Of a stretch of DNA of 64,000 nt, positions 28,659-39,692 are shown piece after piece. The translations under genes were made by a program, and so were the position numbers. The notes beneath the pieces were generated by a model, which saw only the letters and a program-made list of their open reading frames with translations, did not search any database and was not told where the DNA came from. Within the stretch, counting starts at the first letter, position 1. Every line of letters starts with the position of its first letter. This stretch comes from Cyanophyceae cyanobacterium (GTDB taxonomy: Bacteria; Cyanobacteriota; Cyanobacteriia; Cyanobacteriales; Laspinemataceae). The DNA lies in the NCBI GenBank assembly GCA_038321985.1, contig JBBQFN010000011.1, positions 84,751 through 148,750 on the forward strand, given 5' to 3'.

Positions 28659-29288
28659 ATGACATTACAAGCATTTCAAGTAGGCGACTGCGATTTAAGC
28701 CAGGAACAGTTATTAGGGTATTTATCCGCACCGGCGATCGCCCTCGATACCGAAACGATGGGACTTTTACCCCAACGCGATCGCCTCTGTTTAGTCCAAA
28801 TTTGCGACAATGAAGGTCACGTTACCGTGATTCGCATTCCCCGAGGACAAAAGGAAGCCCCCCATCTTAAACAGCTTCTCGAAGCCTCCAACATCCTCAA
28901 AGTTTTTCACTTTGCCCGCTTTGATATGGCAACCTTGCTTTATCATCTCGGCATCGCCGTCCAACCCGTCTTTTGTACAAAGATTGCCAGCAAGTTAGCC
29001 CGAACCTACAGTCCCCGCCACGGACTCAAAGAGGTGGTGCAAGAACTTTCAAAGGTTGAACTTGATAAAAGCGCTCAGAGTTCCGATTGGGGCAATCCCG
29101 ATAACCTATCCGAAGCGCAGTTAAGTTATGCCGCCAATGATGTGCGCTACTTACTCCCGGTTCAACAGAAATTACAAACCATGTTGGAACGAGAGGAACG
29201 CTGGGAACTAGCACAGCAGTGCTTTCAATCTTTGCCCGTGTTTATTTCCTTAGATTTACTGCAATATAAAGATATCTTTGAGCATTAA
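28659..29288 (+). CDS. rnd: Ribonuclease D-like 3'-5' exonuclease
   Basis: DEDD motifs 'ALDTET', 'FHFARFD', 'SDW', 'YAANDV'. Confidence 0.88.
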   Translation: MTLQAFQVGDCDLSQEQLLGYLSAPAIALDTETMGLLPQRDRLCLVQICDNEGHVTVIRIPRGQKEAPHLKQLLEASNILKVFHFARFDMATLLYHLGIAVQPVFCTKIASKLARTYSPRHGLKEVVQELSKVELDKSAQSSDWGNPDNLSEAQLSYAANDVRYLLPVQQKLQTMLEREERWELAQQCFQSLPVFISLDLLQYKDIFEH

Positions 29289-29414
29289 TCCGCGTCAAAT
29301 ATTCGGGGAATTAGAGAAACCCCCGCAGATTAAAATTTAGAATATTTTGGCTGATTAAAAATAATCGGGTGAAAGCCAGTGATTCTGCTTAAACCCGGTT
29401 TCTTCCTATACTGC

Positions 29415-30197
29415 TTAGGATTCCGTGGGATTTACTGAAGTTTGTAACCCACCGACTAACTGTTCAATCCCCCGTTTAATCCAGCGCGTAACGGTCATCG
29501 GACTCACTCCGATTTGCTCGGCGACCTCTTTGCGCGGAATTTCTTTAAAGAACACCGACTCAATCACCGTCCGGGTTTTATCTTCTAACTGATTGAGTGC
29601 CTCTTGGAGTTGTTGGCGTTCTTCTTCTAAACCCTGGAGGGATTGATAATGATGATCCACTAAGGTGTCACCCAAGGTTATCGGGGTATCTACCTGGACT
29701 GATACCAAGGCATCTAAACTCAGGGGCATCCGATTTTGGCTGGCTAACTTTGTTTGCCGCCATTCTTCCACAGAGACCTGTAATTGCTCGGCAATCTCTC
29801 TATCTTTAGGTACACGGCCCAGGGACTGGGTTAATGCTTCTCTAACCTTTTCGCCTCGGGTTTGCAGTTCCCGCCAACGCCGGGGAATTTTCACCGAAGA
29901 GCCTTTATCTCGGAGAAAATGCAGCATTTCGCCGCGAATATAGGGGACGGCAAAGGAACTAAAGGCACAGCCTTGGGCGGGGTCGAAGCGCTCGATCGCC
30001 CGAATCAAGCCCAAATAACCGATTTGTTCCAGGTCTTCGTAGGGTTCAGCACATTGATGGCTGACTCGATGGGCTATTTTTCTGACCAGGCCAGCATTTA
30101 AACGAACGAGCTGATTACGAACAAGCACCGAGGGCTTCTGGTGATAGGAGACTAATAGTTCCATCCCTCGGTAGTGCATAGAGGATTGAGTCGCCAT
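29415..30197 (-). CDS. sigF: RNA polymerase sigma factor SigF (group 3, motility/pili)
   Basis: 'RNQLVRLNAGLVRKIAH', 'EPYEDLEQIGYLGLIRAIERF', 'GVSPMTV.R'. Confidence 0.9.
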   Translation of the reverse strand: MATQSSMHYRGMELLVSYHQKPSVLVRNQLVRLNAGLVRKIAHRVSHQCAEPYEDLEQIGYLGLIRAIERFDPAQGCAFSSFAVPYIRGEMLHFLRDKGSSVKIPRRWRELQTRGEKVREALTQSLGRVPKDREIAEQLQVSVEEWRQTKLASQNRMPLSLDALVSVQVDTPITLGDTLVDHHYQSLQGLEEERQQLQEALNQLEDKTRTVIESVFFKEIPRKEVAEQIGVSPMTVTRWIKRGIEQLVGGLQTSVNPTES

Positions 30198-30656
30198 TCT
30201 AGTTAGATCCTCAATAGGGGCGTCCCCTGGTCTTCAGGGGGAGTGGATAGGAGAAAATGAGAAATATGTTAAGGATTAATCAATAAATTTAACCTACTTT
30301 TATTCTGCCTCAGGATAGATGCAGAGACTAGAGTTGTTTTACTGAACTCCTCCGAAGGGAAACCGAGGGCTTCAGCAAAAACACGGAAATTTTTTGTGGG
30401 GAATGTAAAGTAAGTCCCCCAGTTATGAAGAAATGTAAACTACGGGTTAAATAACCTTTTCTTGATGGCAGTTAAATCTAAGACATCAAGGGGACTGACC
30501 GATTCAAGCCGACCCAAAGAGTAGAGAGACAGTCCTCCCCGGTGCAGGAGGGAACAAGGAGCACAAGCCCGATAAAGACGGTGTACTCGGTTCAAGTTTA
30601 GCTACAATAGCAATTAGTTATCTGCTTGATTGAGAAAAGAAATTGACCCCGCCAAC

Positions 30657-31779
30657 ATGGAAGCTTTAGAAATCAAACGGGAAGTTGAACAGTTGTACGA
30701 TCGCCTGGGTAAAACCCAGGACTATCTTTGACATTCCCGCCCTTACTGCCAAAATCCACGACTTAGAGCAATTAGCCGCGCAACCCGAGTTTTGGGATGA
30801 CCAGGCCACGGCATCTTCTACCCTGCAAGAACTCAACGACCTCAAGTCTCATTTAAACCAATATCATCAGTGGAAAAATAGCCTAGAAGATACTAAGGCG
30901 ATATTAGAACTACTGGAAATAGAACCGGATGAGGCACTTTGTCAGGAAGCAGAATCCACGATCACCCAACTGGATGAAGAACTGGATCGCTGGGAATTAG
31001 AACAATTGCTCTGTGGACCCTACGACAAAAGCGGTGCCGTCTTGAGCATCAATGCCGGTGCCGGTGGGACCGATGCCCAAGATTGGACGGAAATGTTGAT
31101 CCGAATGTACACCCGCTGGGGCGAAAGTCACGGGTATAAAGTCCAATTTAGCGAAATCTCTGAGGGAGACGAAGCCGGGATTAAGTCAGCCACCTTGGAA
31201 ATCGAGGGACGCTATGCTTACGGTTACTTGAAAGGAGAAAAAGGAACCCACCGCCTGGTGAGAATTTCACCCTTTAATGCCAACGGCAAGCGGCAAACGA
31301 GCTTTGCTGGAGTCGAAGTCATGCCGATGTTGGATGGGTCGGTAAAGTTAGAGATTCCCGAGAAAGAGTTAGAAATTACGACCTCCCGTTCCGGGGGGAA
31401 AGGCGGACAAAACGTCAATAAAGTGGAAACAGCGGTGCGGGTGGTACATCTGCCGACTGGACTGGCTGTGCGCTGTACCCAGGAGCGATCGCAACTTCAA
31501 AACAAAGAAAAGGCCCTAGCCTTGCTCAAAGCCAAATTGCTGGTCATCGCTCAAGAGCAACGCGCCCAAGAAATTGCAGAAATCCGGGGGGATATGGTAG
31601 AAGCCGCCTGGGGTAACCAGATTCGCAACTATGTCTTTCACCCTTATCAAATGGTAAAAGACCTGCGCACTGGAGTAGAAACCACTAATATTGCTGACAT
31701 TATGAATGGCGAGTTCGACGCCTTTATCGAAGCCTATCTTCGCCAGGAAACCCAACTTGGGGATAGCAATACGCCTTAA
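30657..31779 (+). CDS. prfB: Peptide chain release factor 2 with programmed +1 frameshift
   Basis: ATG 30657 [24 protein letters not shown] then CTT TGA C (30726-30732); +1 frame continues DIPAL...; SPF and GGQ motifs. Confidence 0.96.
30719..30732 (+). promoter_or_regulatory. RF2 autoregulatory frameshift site
   Basis: (CA)GGACTAT CTT TGA C slippery/stop site. Confidence 0.9.
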
Positions 31780-31810
31780 AAATTGATTCATCCTTTTGGT
31801 GGGAGTCAAA

Positions 31811-31867
31811 CCCATTAAAAATTTAGAAGAAAAGGTTCAATCTTCTGAGTTTTTAATGGGCTTTTTT
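31811..31867 (+). terminator. Intrinsic terminator after prfB
   Basis: CCCATTAAAAATTTAGAAGA / TCTTCTGAGTTTTTAATGGG stem then C-TTTTTT. Confidence 0.6.
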
Positions 31868-31998
31868 GAGGATGTCCCGTTTGGTTATGTCTCCGCTTTT
31901 TGAGATTTCGGAGGAATTAAAATCTCAGAAAGTGATAGGATTGAAAGGACTGTTAATCCGGGTCTGTATTTGCTAAACTTTTAATTTTATTAAGCACA

Positions 31999-32226
31999 AT
32001 GAGTCACCCCTCCACCCCGTCTGAGTTGTCCGACCAGCCCGAACCGGAAACCGCTCCCTTGACTGCATCGGAGAGCGGAGAATCCCCACAAATCCCTAAA
32101 GATAGCTATGTGAAACTGGCAATGCGAAATATGGTCCGCAAGCGCGGGACCTCTCTCCAACATTTCTTTCTCACTACAGTGGGGCTAGTAGGACTACTGG
32201 TGGGACTGGCGTATCTAACCCGTTAA
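31999..32226 (+). CDS. DUF3285-family small membrane protein
   Basis: 'SYVKLAMRNMVRK.GTSL.HF.LT' + C-terminal TM; usual cyanobacterial position upstream of ybeY. Confidence 0.82.
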   Translation: MSHPSTPSELSDQPEPETAPLTASESGESPQIPKDSYVKLAMRNMVRKRGTSLQHFFLTTVGLVGLLVGLAYLTR

Positions 32227-32263
32227 GCATCCGCCGTTATATCAGCAGAGGATAAATAATTTC

Positions 32264-32785
32264 GTGCAGTGTGAAACCATTGAACTCGATTTGAGCGTGC
32301 AAAATGCTTATTGGGAGTCAGAAGTCTCGCCTTCAGTTCAGTTCGAGGCGATCGCACCAGAAACTTGGGACCAGTGGTTCCAAACTTGGCTACAACAGCT
32401 AGAATCAGAACTGCCATCGGCGATCGCCTACGAACTCAGCATTCGCCTGAGCGATGATGGCGAAATCCAGCAGCTTAATGCCCAATATCGCCATCAAGAT
32501 AAATCCACCGATGTTTTATCTTTTGCCGCTTTAGAGGTAGAGTATCCCCAGCTAGAGTCCCTTCGCGGAGAAATTCCTCTGTACTTAGGGGATATTATTA
32601 TTTCCGTGGACACAGCCGCTCGGCAAGCTGAACAGCAGGAGCATTCCCTAACGGTAGAATTGGCGTGGTTAGCTGCTCATGGACTCCTTCATCTGTTGGG
32701 TTGGGATCATCCAGATGAAGAGAGTTTGACCCGGATGTTAGATCAACAAGAAACCTTACTCACCGCCGTGGGTCTTGCTCTGTAA
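32264..32785 (+). CDS. ybeY: rRNA maturation RNase YbeY
   Basis: 'LN..YR..DK.TDVLSF', 'LGDI.IS', 'HGLLHLLGWDH'. Confidence 0.95.
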   Translation: MQCETIELDLSVQNAYWESEVSPSVQFEAIAPETWDQWFQTWLQQLESELPSAIAYELSIRLSDDGEIQQLNAQYRHQDKSTDVLSFAALEVEYPQLESLRGEIPLYLGDIIISVDTAARQAEQQEHSLTVELAWLAAHGLLHLLGWDHPDEESLTRMLDQQETLLTAVGLAL

Positions 32786-32873
32786 CGATGCGAACAACAC
32801 AACTTCCTAAAAAGAGGGGTTGTAGTATGGGTTCAGTACCTGACCACACTAGAGTACGGAAGCGATAGCTGCC

Positions 32874-33407
32874 ATGAAATTAGACCGTTCGGAAATAACC
32901 GGCCAACCGTCCCAATCCGTTGCCCCACCATCAAAATTGTCTACAGCCCTGCCTATGTCTGAAGAGGGATCGAACCCAGCACCGAAGCGATCGCATCAGC
33001 CTAACCGATTCAATCGGGATTTGTCCTGGCAGGTTGCTAGCAACTTATTCATTAGTTTTAAATATGCCGCAGCGGGAATTAGATACGCCTTTCAAACCCA
33101 ACGCAATTTTCGTATTCATGTCGTCATTGGTTTAGGGGCGATCGCCTTGGGAGTTTTTTTACAAATCGGCTTTGTAGAAATTTCCATCATTACCTTAACA
33201 ATTGGGGCGGTTTTAGCAATGGAACTCCTAAATACTGCCCTAGAATCCGTTGTTGATTTAACCGTTCAGCAAAGTTACCATGAATTAGCAAAAATTGCTA
33301 AAGATTGTGCGGCAGGCGCGGTTTTAATCTCCGCCATCATGGCGATCGCCGTTGCCGGATGCCTGCTTTTGCCCCCCTTATTCACCTGGGTGCAAGAACT
33401 TCGTTAA
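32874..33407 (+). CDS. dgkA: Diacylglycerol/undecaprenol kinase family protein
   Basis: 'SFKYA..G', 'QRNFRIH', 'ELLNTALE..VDL', 'AKIAKD.AAGAVL'. Confidence 0.9.
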   Translation: MKLDRSEITGQPSQSVAPPSKLSTALPMSEEGSNPAPKRSHQPNRFNRDLSWQVASNLFISFKYAAAGIRYAFQTQRNFRIHVVIGLGAIALGVFLQIGFVEISIITLTIGAVLAMELLNTALESVVDLTVQQSYHELAKIAKDCAAGAVLISAIMAIAVAGCLLLPPLFTWVQELR

Positions 33408-33681
33408 CCGTCCCGCTTCCCCCGGTCCGGTTTACACCCAGTACGGTCCCCGCCTAACCTCCTCTGGTCATGAATTCCATTGCCATCTTCTCAATCGCGA
33501 TCGCCCGGGGTGGATCTCATCCACCCCCGACCTGAATCACAACCCCAGTCCAGGGTTCCCTCAACCAAGTGCAATCTCTGCGTGCTGAATCCCCCCCTCT
33601 CACCCCTTTTCAAAAGCTATACATCATATCATAACATTTAAAACTTAGTGAATAAATTTTCGGGGACTAAGGGCTAAATTT

Positions 33682-33717
33682 TAAAATCTAAAAATCTAAA
33701 ATCTAAAATCTAAAATC
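33682..33717. repeat. Heptamer short tandem repeat (STRR-like) TAAAATC x5
   Basis: taaaatc taaaaatc taaaatc taaaatc taaaatc. Confidence 0.7.
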
Positions 33718-33761
33718 CCCAATTATTATGATTAATGTTCGCCCAAAAAGGAGCTTCAACC

Positions 33762-34364
33762 TTGATTGTCGTTATCGATAACTACGACAGCTTTACCTAT
33801 AACCTCGTCCAGTATCTTGGAGAACTGGGCAAAGAAACGGCGATCGCCTCGGATATCCGCGTCTACCGGAACGACCAAATCACCATCGACCAAATTCGTA
33901 AATTAGGACCTGATGCGATCGTCATCTCCCCAGGACCGGGACGCCCGGAAGATGCAGGCATTTCCCTGGAGTTGATTACTCAATTAGCGCCCACCCTGCC
34001 CATTCTGGGGGTTTGCCTTGGTCATCAATGTATTGGACAAGTCTTTGGCGGTAAAATCGTCGGTGCATCAGAACTGATGCATGGCAAGACCTCCGAAGTT
34101 CATCACAACGGGGTTGGCGTCTTTCAAAACTTAGACAATCCCTTTACCGCCACTCGGTATCACAGTCTCGTCATTGACCGAGACACCTGTCCGGAGGAAC
34201 TAGAAATTACGGCGTGGGTTGACGATGGGACGATTATGGGAGTCCGGCATCGGAAGTATCCCACCCTAGAAGGAGTGCAATTTCACCCGGAAAGCATCCT
34301 CACCACCCCCGGAAAACAACTGCTGAAAAACTTTCTCGATCAGTTGCAATCTTCCGTGGTGTAA
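33762..34364 (+). CDS. trpG: Anthranilate/aminodeoxychorismate synthase component II (glutamine amidotransferase)
   Basis: '[11 protein letters not shown]', 'SPGPG', 'GVCLGHQ', 'RYHSL', 'QFHPES'; TTG start after AGGAG. Confidence 0.93.
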   Translation: MIVVIDNYDSFTYNLVQYLGELGKETAIASDIRVYRNDQITIDQIRKLGPDAIVISPGPGRPEDAGISLELITQLAPTLPILGVCLGHQCIGQVFGGKIVGASELMHGKTSEVHHNGVGVFQNLDNPFTATRYHSLVIDRDTCPEELEITAWVDDGTIMGVRHRKYPTLEGVQFHPESILTTPGKQLLKNFLDQLQSSVV

Positions 34365-34423
34365 TCGAACCTTTCATCCTTGACCTTTGACCTTAAGTTC
34401 CGCTGTTTGTAGCGATTTAGAGC

Positions 34424-35242
34424 ATGATTAATCGGCGACAGTTTTTCCATTACGGGAAAGTAGCGGCTTTGGCCGGTATTGCCACCACAGTTCCCGGGGC
34501 ATGGCAACATTGGGCAGCTCAAACGCCCCCCAGTTCTGAAAACCTGGCTCAAAACACCAATTCCCTGTCGGTGCAATGGTTAGGCCATAGTTGCTTTTTA
34601 TTTGCAGGGGAAGGCCAACGGGTCCTAGTTAATCCCTTTCGGACCCTCGGATGTACCGCAGGATATCCTTCCCCCTTGGTACCCGCAGATTTAGTGTTGA
34701 TTAGTTCGCGCTTATTAGACGAAGGAAACACCGAAGGACTACCGGGACAACCCCGATTATTATTTGAACCCGGGTCCTATCAGTTTCGTAACAAGCAAAT
34801 CCAGGGAATTCGCACGGACCACGATCGCAATGGAGGACGGCGCTTTGGTATCAACGTCGCCTGGACTTGGACCCAAGCCGGGGTTAAAATCCTCCACCTA
34901 GGCGGCGCAGCGGCACCGATTAATTCAGAACAGCAAATCCTGATGGGACGCCCCGATTTACTGTTATTGCCTGTAGGGGGTGGTCCCAAAGCCTATACCC
35001 CATTGGAAGCGAAGGAAGCGATGCTCAAGTTGAACCCGAAGGTCGTAATTCCGATGCACTATCGCACCACAGCAGCAGATCCCCAGGTTTGTGATCTAGA
35101 TGGGGTAGATGAGTTTTTATCCCTTTTAGATAACTCGGCGGTGGAAAAGGTCAATGCAGCTTCAATTGAACTAACTACGGGCAGTTTGCCGCAAACGGGT
35201 CCAGTCATTAAGGTGATGAGTTATCAGACGGTAACGGGTTGA
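34424..35242 (+). CDS. MBL-fold protein with Tat signal
   Basis: 'NRRQFF' twin-arginine signal; 'WLGHSCF', 'HLG', 'LLPVGG', 'VIPMHY'. Confidence 0.82.
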   Translation: MINRRQFFHYGKVAALAGIATTVPGAWQHWAAQTPPSSENLAQNTNSLSVQWLGHSCFLFAGEGQRVLVNPFRTLGCTAGYPSPLVPADLVLISSRLLDEGNTEGLPGQPRLLFEPGSYQFRNKQIQGIRTDHDRNGGRRFGINVAWTWTQAGVKILHLGGAAAPINSEQQILMGRPDLLLLPVGGGPKAYTPLEAKEAMLKLNPKVVIPMHYRTTAADPQVCDLDGVDEFLSLLDNSAVEKVNAASIELTTGSLPQTGPVIKVMSYQTVTG

Positions 35243-35279
35243 GGAGAGGGCGACGGAATTACCCATTACCTCTATAGAG

Positions 35280-35316
35280 AAAGGCGGGGCAGTACCTAGA
35301 CTAGCCCCGCCTTTTT
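35280..35316 (+). terminator. Intrinsic terminator
   Basis: AAAGGCGGGGC / GCCCCGCCTTT stem followed by T run. Confidence 0.65.
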
Positions 35317-35364
35317 ATAGGGTTACATCCTAGCACGGGGGTACCGGATTAACTCCCCGGGACA

Positions 35365-35431
35365 AGAAACCGGGTTTCGGGCTTAGATGGGTTGCAAAGT
35401 CCGTTTGAATTTTGTACAGAAACCTGGTTTG
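35365..35431. repeat. REP-like AGAAACCNGGTTT palindromes (pair)
   Basis: AGAAACCGGGTTTC (35365) and AGAAACCTGGTTTG (35418); related to 55228-55257. Confidence 0.5.
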
Positions 35432-35506
35432 TCTTCGCGCTACTGTAGCGATGTTCTCGGATTTGTGTGAGTCCGGGACATAACGATAGGAGAGCATTGT
35501 AGGGGA

Positions 35507-37036
35507 TTAACTAATTTTTCTGCCCATGAGTAGGGCTTTGGTGGCTGACTCCCCAGCGCGGTTGAGTTGTTGACTTAATTTAGCCGAAAGTGCCGCTAAA
35601 ATAGCGAGATGCCCTAGAAATGCCATGAATATGGGGGTAGCGGTGGCGTATTGTAGGCCGGATAAAAAGAGGATTGAGAGCATATATATTTGGGGGATCA
35701 TTTCCGGTTGTCCTCCTAATAGGGCTATGATTAGCAGCGGTACGCCGATCGCAACTGCAACAATGCCACTTGCCAACAATACTCGCTTTTTGGATTTGAT
35801 CAACAACATGATCTGGGCCAGGACCGCATAAATACTCGCCAAAATGACGTAGAAGCCGATCGCAGCGATCGCCTGCAATTTGGGGAGCGTTTCCAGGGGC
35901 CAGAAGAGGACACAGGGAATGAAGATGATCGCGACGATGGTGGCACAGATGGCGATCGCCACTGGCGCAGGACTTTTTTCGCCCCAAATTAAATCTTGTA
36001 ACACTGCTTGACGGCTGGCTTGATGGGAATAACGAGCCCAATCCAAGAGGGTTTGTCGCGGCGGTGAGAGGGCGGCAATCAGACCCAAAAATAAGAATAA
36101 ATTCAGCAGGGCGATAAAACGCACGTTGTCAAACCATAAATAAGCTGTTAAGTCTGAGTCTAAAAAGGACTTCACTAATCCTAAAAAGAGGATATTCACG
36201 CAAAAAACCAAGGCGTAACTTTGTTTTTTGCTGATCACGGTGGCGGCAGGATTGCGGAATCGTCGATGCAACCCTTGCCAAATCCAGTAGGTCCAAACCA
36301 CACAATTGACTACAGCAAATCCCCGGACATGGAATAAATTATCCCCATTTAAAAAGAAATTAAACCATCGATGTGACGCCCAATCTTTTCCATAGCTATA
36401 AAACTCATGATACATGAACCACCACATCATTGTTACGGTCAAACCCGCCCCGACAAAGGCTTGATGACCTCCCATCAAAGCAAAAAGCGCCGCCGCACTG
36501 TAAAATAGACAGCCAAAGGCGGCCAGGACAACATAGAAACTTAACACTTCCAAGAGGGGAAGTTGGGCCATGATTGCCGTTACTGCATACATCGGTAAGG
36601 CGATCGTTACGGCGAGGTAAAGTAACACCGGCACCCCGAGTAATTTTCCGATTAAAATACTCTGACTCGACTGGGGACTAAGGCGAATAAAATTCAATGT
36701 TCCCCGTTGTTCTTCTCGTGCCAAATCTGCAATCAGCAGATAGACTCCCCCACCAACAAGTGCCAGGGGCAAAATCCAATAAAATACCTGATTTAAGTTC
36801 GTATACCACAGCCTCCAATCCACGAGACAAGAGATATTTTCTGAGGAAATGCAATAGGTTCCAGAGGTGGTGTCAGGCCCCGGAATTTGGGTGATGAAGG
36901 TCAGGGCGAGCAACAGTTGAGCCCCCATAGATGCCAACACTGCTAAGGTGACATTACGTGATATTAATCGACCTTTTAGTTCCCGAATAAACTGGGGATT
37001 CCATTCTCCGAGATAATCCATTAAACGACTGGTCAT
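35507..37036 (-). CDS. ABC-2-type permease-like membrane protein
   Basis: 'WNPQF.RELKGR', 'EEQRGTLNFIRLSP...ILIGKLLG'; many TMs; directly downstream of ABC ATPase. Confidence 0.7.
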   Translation of the reverse strand: MTSRLMDYLGEWNPQFIRELKGRLISRNVTLAVLASMGAQLLLALTFITQIPGPDTTSGTYCISSENISCLVDWRLWYTNLNQVFYWILPLALVGGGVYLLIADLAREEQRGTLNFIRLSPQSSQSILIGKLLGVPVLLYLAVTIALPMYAVTAIMAQLPLLEVLSFYVVLAAFGCLFYSAAALFALMGGHQAFVGAGLTVTMMWWFMYHEFYSYGKDWASHRWFNFFLNGDNLFHVRGFAVVNCVVWTYWIWQGLHRRFRNPAATVISKKQSYALVFCVNILFLGLVKSFLDSDLTAYLWFDNVRFIALLNLFLFLGLIAALSPPRQTLLDWARYSHQASRQAVLQDLIWGEKSPAPVAIAICATIVAIIFIPCVLFWPLETLPKLQAIAAIGFYVILASIYAVLAQIMLLIKSKKRVLLASGIVAVAIGVPLLIIALLGGQPEMIPQIYMLSILFLSGLQYATATPIFMAFLGHLAILAALSAKLSQQLNRAGESATKALLMGRKIS

Positions 37037-37123
37037 TGAAGTGTTTCCTTAAGGTACAACAACATTTAAAAAGAAACCGTAGCTCTAGATTTCTGTAAGA
37101 AAAATCTAAACCCACAAAGAGGG

Positions 37124-38074
37124 TTAAGATGCTTGCTTATGCCCTAACTTGAGAAAAATTGTTTCCAAATCTTCCTGAGTGCAGTGAAATTCATGCAAAG
37201 GAATCTTCGCATCCACCAGCGATCGCAACAAATTGGCACTCTCTTCCGGTGTCCCGGCAAAATGCACCCGCAGGGTTTTGCCATCGGGATTGACCTCCCA
37301 TCCCTCGACTTGCGGAAACTGTTTCAGTTCGGCTTTCAATGCCTCTACCTGACCCAAAGTCGAGATTAAAATTTGCTGGCGACTCAAGCGTTGGTAGAGT
37401 TCTTTTAAAGGCGCACTTTCCACTAAATACCCCAGTTCCATAATTCCCACTGAGGTACACAATTCCGCCAAGTCACTCAACACATGAGAGGAAATTAAAA
37501 TTGTCATCCCTGCTTCTTGCAAGGTTTTAATAATTTCCCGGAACTGCATTCGGGCAATCGGGTCTAACCCTGAAACTGGCTCATCTAGTAGCAATAAAAT
37601 CGGTTCATGTACAATGGTTCGCGCCAGAGAAAGTCGCTGTTTCATCCCTCGGGACAAAGTGGCGATCGAACTCACCCGCTTATTCTCCAATTGCACCAAT
37701 TCCAAGACTTCATAAAGACGCTGACTGCGCCGGGGTTCCCGCAGATCATACAGTCGGGCAAAATAGTCCAGATAGTCCCAAACTGTTAAATCATCATACA
37801 GGGGAAAATCATCGGGCAAATATCCCAAACGACGTTTAAGAGTGGGGTTATTACTATCCCGCAGCAGGCGTTCCCCATTGATATAAATTTCCCCAATTGT
37901 GGGTTCTTCTGCCGTTGCTAACATTCGGATTAAGGTCGTTTTTCCGGCACCGTTGGGTCCAATCAGTCCATAAACTTCCCCGAGACCGACTTGTAAATGA
38001 ACATCATTAACAGCGATATATCGGTCAAATTGCTTAGTGAGTCCACGAGTATCGATTGCCAGTTCTGTTGCCAT
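37124..38074 (-). CDS. ABC transporter ATP-binding protein
   Basis: Walker A GPNGAGKT, LSRGM signature, LLLDEP, SSH. Confidence 0.95.
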   Translation of the reverse strand: MATELAIDTRGLTKQFDRYIAVNDVHLQVGLGEVYGLIGPNGAGKTTLIRMLATAEEPTIGEIYINGERLLRDSNNPTLKRRLGYLPDDFPLYDDLTVWDYLDYFARLYDLREPRRSQRLYEVLELVQLENKRVSSIATLSRGMKQRLSLARTIVHEPILLLLDEPVSGLDPIARMQFREIIKTLQEAGMTILISSHVLSDLAELCTSVGIMELGYLVESAPLKELYQRLSRQQILISTLGQVEALKAELKQFPQVEGWEVNPDGKTLRVHFAGTPEESANLLRSLVDAKIPLHEFHCTQEDLETIFLKLGHKQAS

Positions 38075-38289
38075 AAATGCTGGACGTTGAGATCGTTAAA
38101 GGGTGACCTATCTCCTAAGCTAACCTCTCCCTAGGGCGATCGTCAGTAGTGTTTCACAAATTGCTACACCCCGGACCCGATCTGTTTGGAACTATCCGAG
38201 GAAAAATATCTAATTTCCGCCGCACTCTTGCTTGATATAGTGGAGTTTCTTAAGCAAAATTGGTCTAACTTTCAAGACATTGGGTAGAA

Positions 38290-39582
38290 ATGGCACTGGC
38301 AACTGTGGATTCTCTCCTGTCCTCTTTTGGACGCTTTGGCGTTGAACTCGGCCTCGATCGCATCAAACGACTCTTACAAGACTTAGGCAATCCTCACGAC
38401 TCCGTTCCTCTGATTCATGTAGCGGGAACCAATGGTAAAGGGTCAGTCTGCGCCTATTTGTCAGCTATTCTCACGGAAGCAGGGTATCGAGTTGGGCGCT
38501 ATACCTCGCCGCATCTGGTGGATTGGACGGAACGAATCTGTGTGAATGACAGCCCAATTTCTGAAGCCGCGTTACAGGAGGTCCTGATCCAAGTCCAGGA
38601 GGCGATCGACAAGGCGGCCCCTTCTCCTACCCAGTTTGAAGTAATTACGGCGGCGGCATGGTTGTATTTTGCTCAACAACAGGTGGATGTGGCAGTGATG
38701 GAAGTTGGACTCGGGGGCCGATTAGATGCCACCAATGTTTGCGATCGCCCTTTAGTAACGGTGATCACCTCCATTAGTTGGGAACATTGGCAGCGCCTTG
38801 GCCCTACTCTGGCTGATATTGCTGGGGAAAAAGCCGGAATCCTCAAATCTGGATGTCCCGCAATCGTGGGACTGTTACCCCAAGAAGCAAAAGCAGTGGT
38901 CGATCGCCGGATTGCTGAACTCAACTGTCCAGCCCTATTTCCTGCACCCGCCACCCCTATCGCCATGCAACCTGGATGGGTCCAGACTCAAGGACTCTCC
39001 TATCCCCTCCCCCTCCCCGGTGAAGCGCAATTAATTAATTCGGCCCTAGCTGTCGCCACCGTAGAAACCCTCAGACAGCAGGGGTGGCAAATTTCCAATG
39101 AGGCGACTGCCCAGGGAATGGCTAAAACCCAATGGCCCGGACGCCTCCAGTGGGTGATTCGGGACAATCGCCCCCTTCTGATTGATGGGGCTCACAATGC
39201 TGCTGCTGCCCAAATCCTACGTCATTATGTCACGAGTCTTAACTCCCCCGAGACTGTCCCCAACATCCCAGAAGGGGCATTACCACCAAGGACAACTTGG
39301 GTGATGGGAATGCTTTCTACAAAAGACCATTCTGGTATATTTAGCGCCTTACTCCGACCGGGCGATAATTTATACTTAGTCCCCGTCCCCGACCATGATT
39401 CAGCTAGACCAGAAGAGTTAGCCACCCTTGCCCGAAATATCTGTCCCGAGGTAGAGGACATTCACTGTTATCAGGACTTATTTTCAGCCCTAGAAGAAGC
39501 CCTGCATCTTGAGAGTCATCTAACGGTGTTATGTGGGTCTCTTTATTTGCTGGGATACTTTTTAGCTGATATTCCCACTTAA
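38290..39582 (+). CDS. folC: Folylpolyglutamate synthase/dihydrofolate synthase
   Basis: 'HVAGTNGKGS', 'YTSPHL', 'EVGLGGRLDATN', 'WPGR', 'DGAHN', 'GSLYL'. Confidence 0.96.
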   Translation: MALATVDSLLSSFGRFGVELGLDRIKRLLQDLGNPHDSVPLIHVAGTNGKGSVCAYLSAILTEAGYRVGRYTSPHLVDWTERICVNDSPISEAALQEVLIQVQEAIDKAAPSPTQFEVITAAAWLYFAQQQVDVAVMEVGLGGRLDATNVCDRPLVTVITSISWEHWQRLGPTLADIAGEKAGILKSGCPAIVGLLPQEAKAVVDRRIAELNCPALFPAPATPIAMQPGWVQTQGLSYPLPLPGEAQLINSALAVATVETLRQQGWQISNEATAQGMAKTQWPGRLQWVIRDNRPLLIDGAHNAAAAQILRHYVTSLNSPETVPNIPEGALPPRTTWVMGMLSTKDHSGIFSALLRPGDNLYLVPVPDHDSARPEELATLARNICPEVEDIHCYQDLFSALEEALHLESHLTVLCGSLYLLGYFLADIPT

Positions 39583-39692
39583 AAAAAGCATGAAGGGGGA
39601 AGGATTCTTTTGATGAAACCTTTTGCAGAATCAAGAGATCCCCCCAAGCCCCCTCAGTCAGGGGGCTTTTTAGATTTTTGCTAACCCTTCCC

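Noticed and set aside
30685..30731. ORF-track start of prfB (MNSCTIAW...)
   Set aside because: Artefact of the programmed frameshift; real start is ATG 30657
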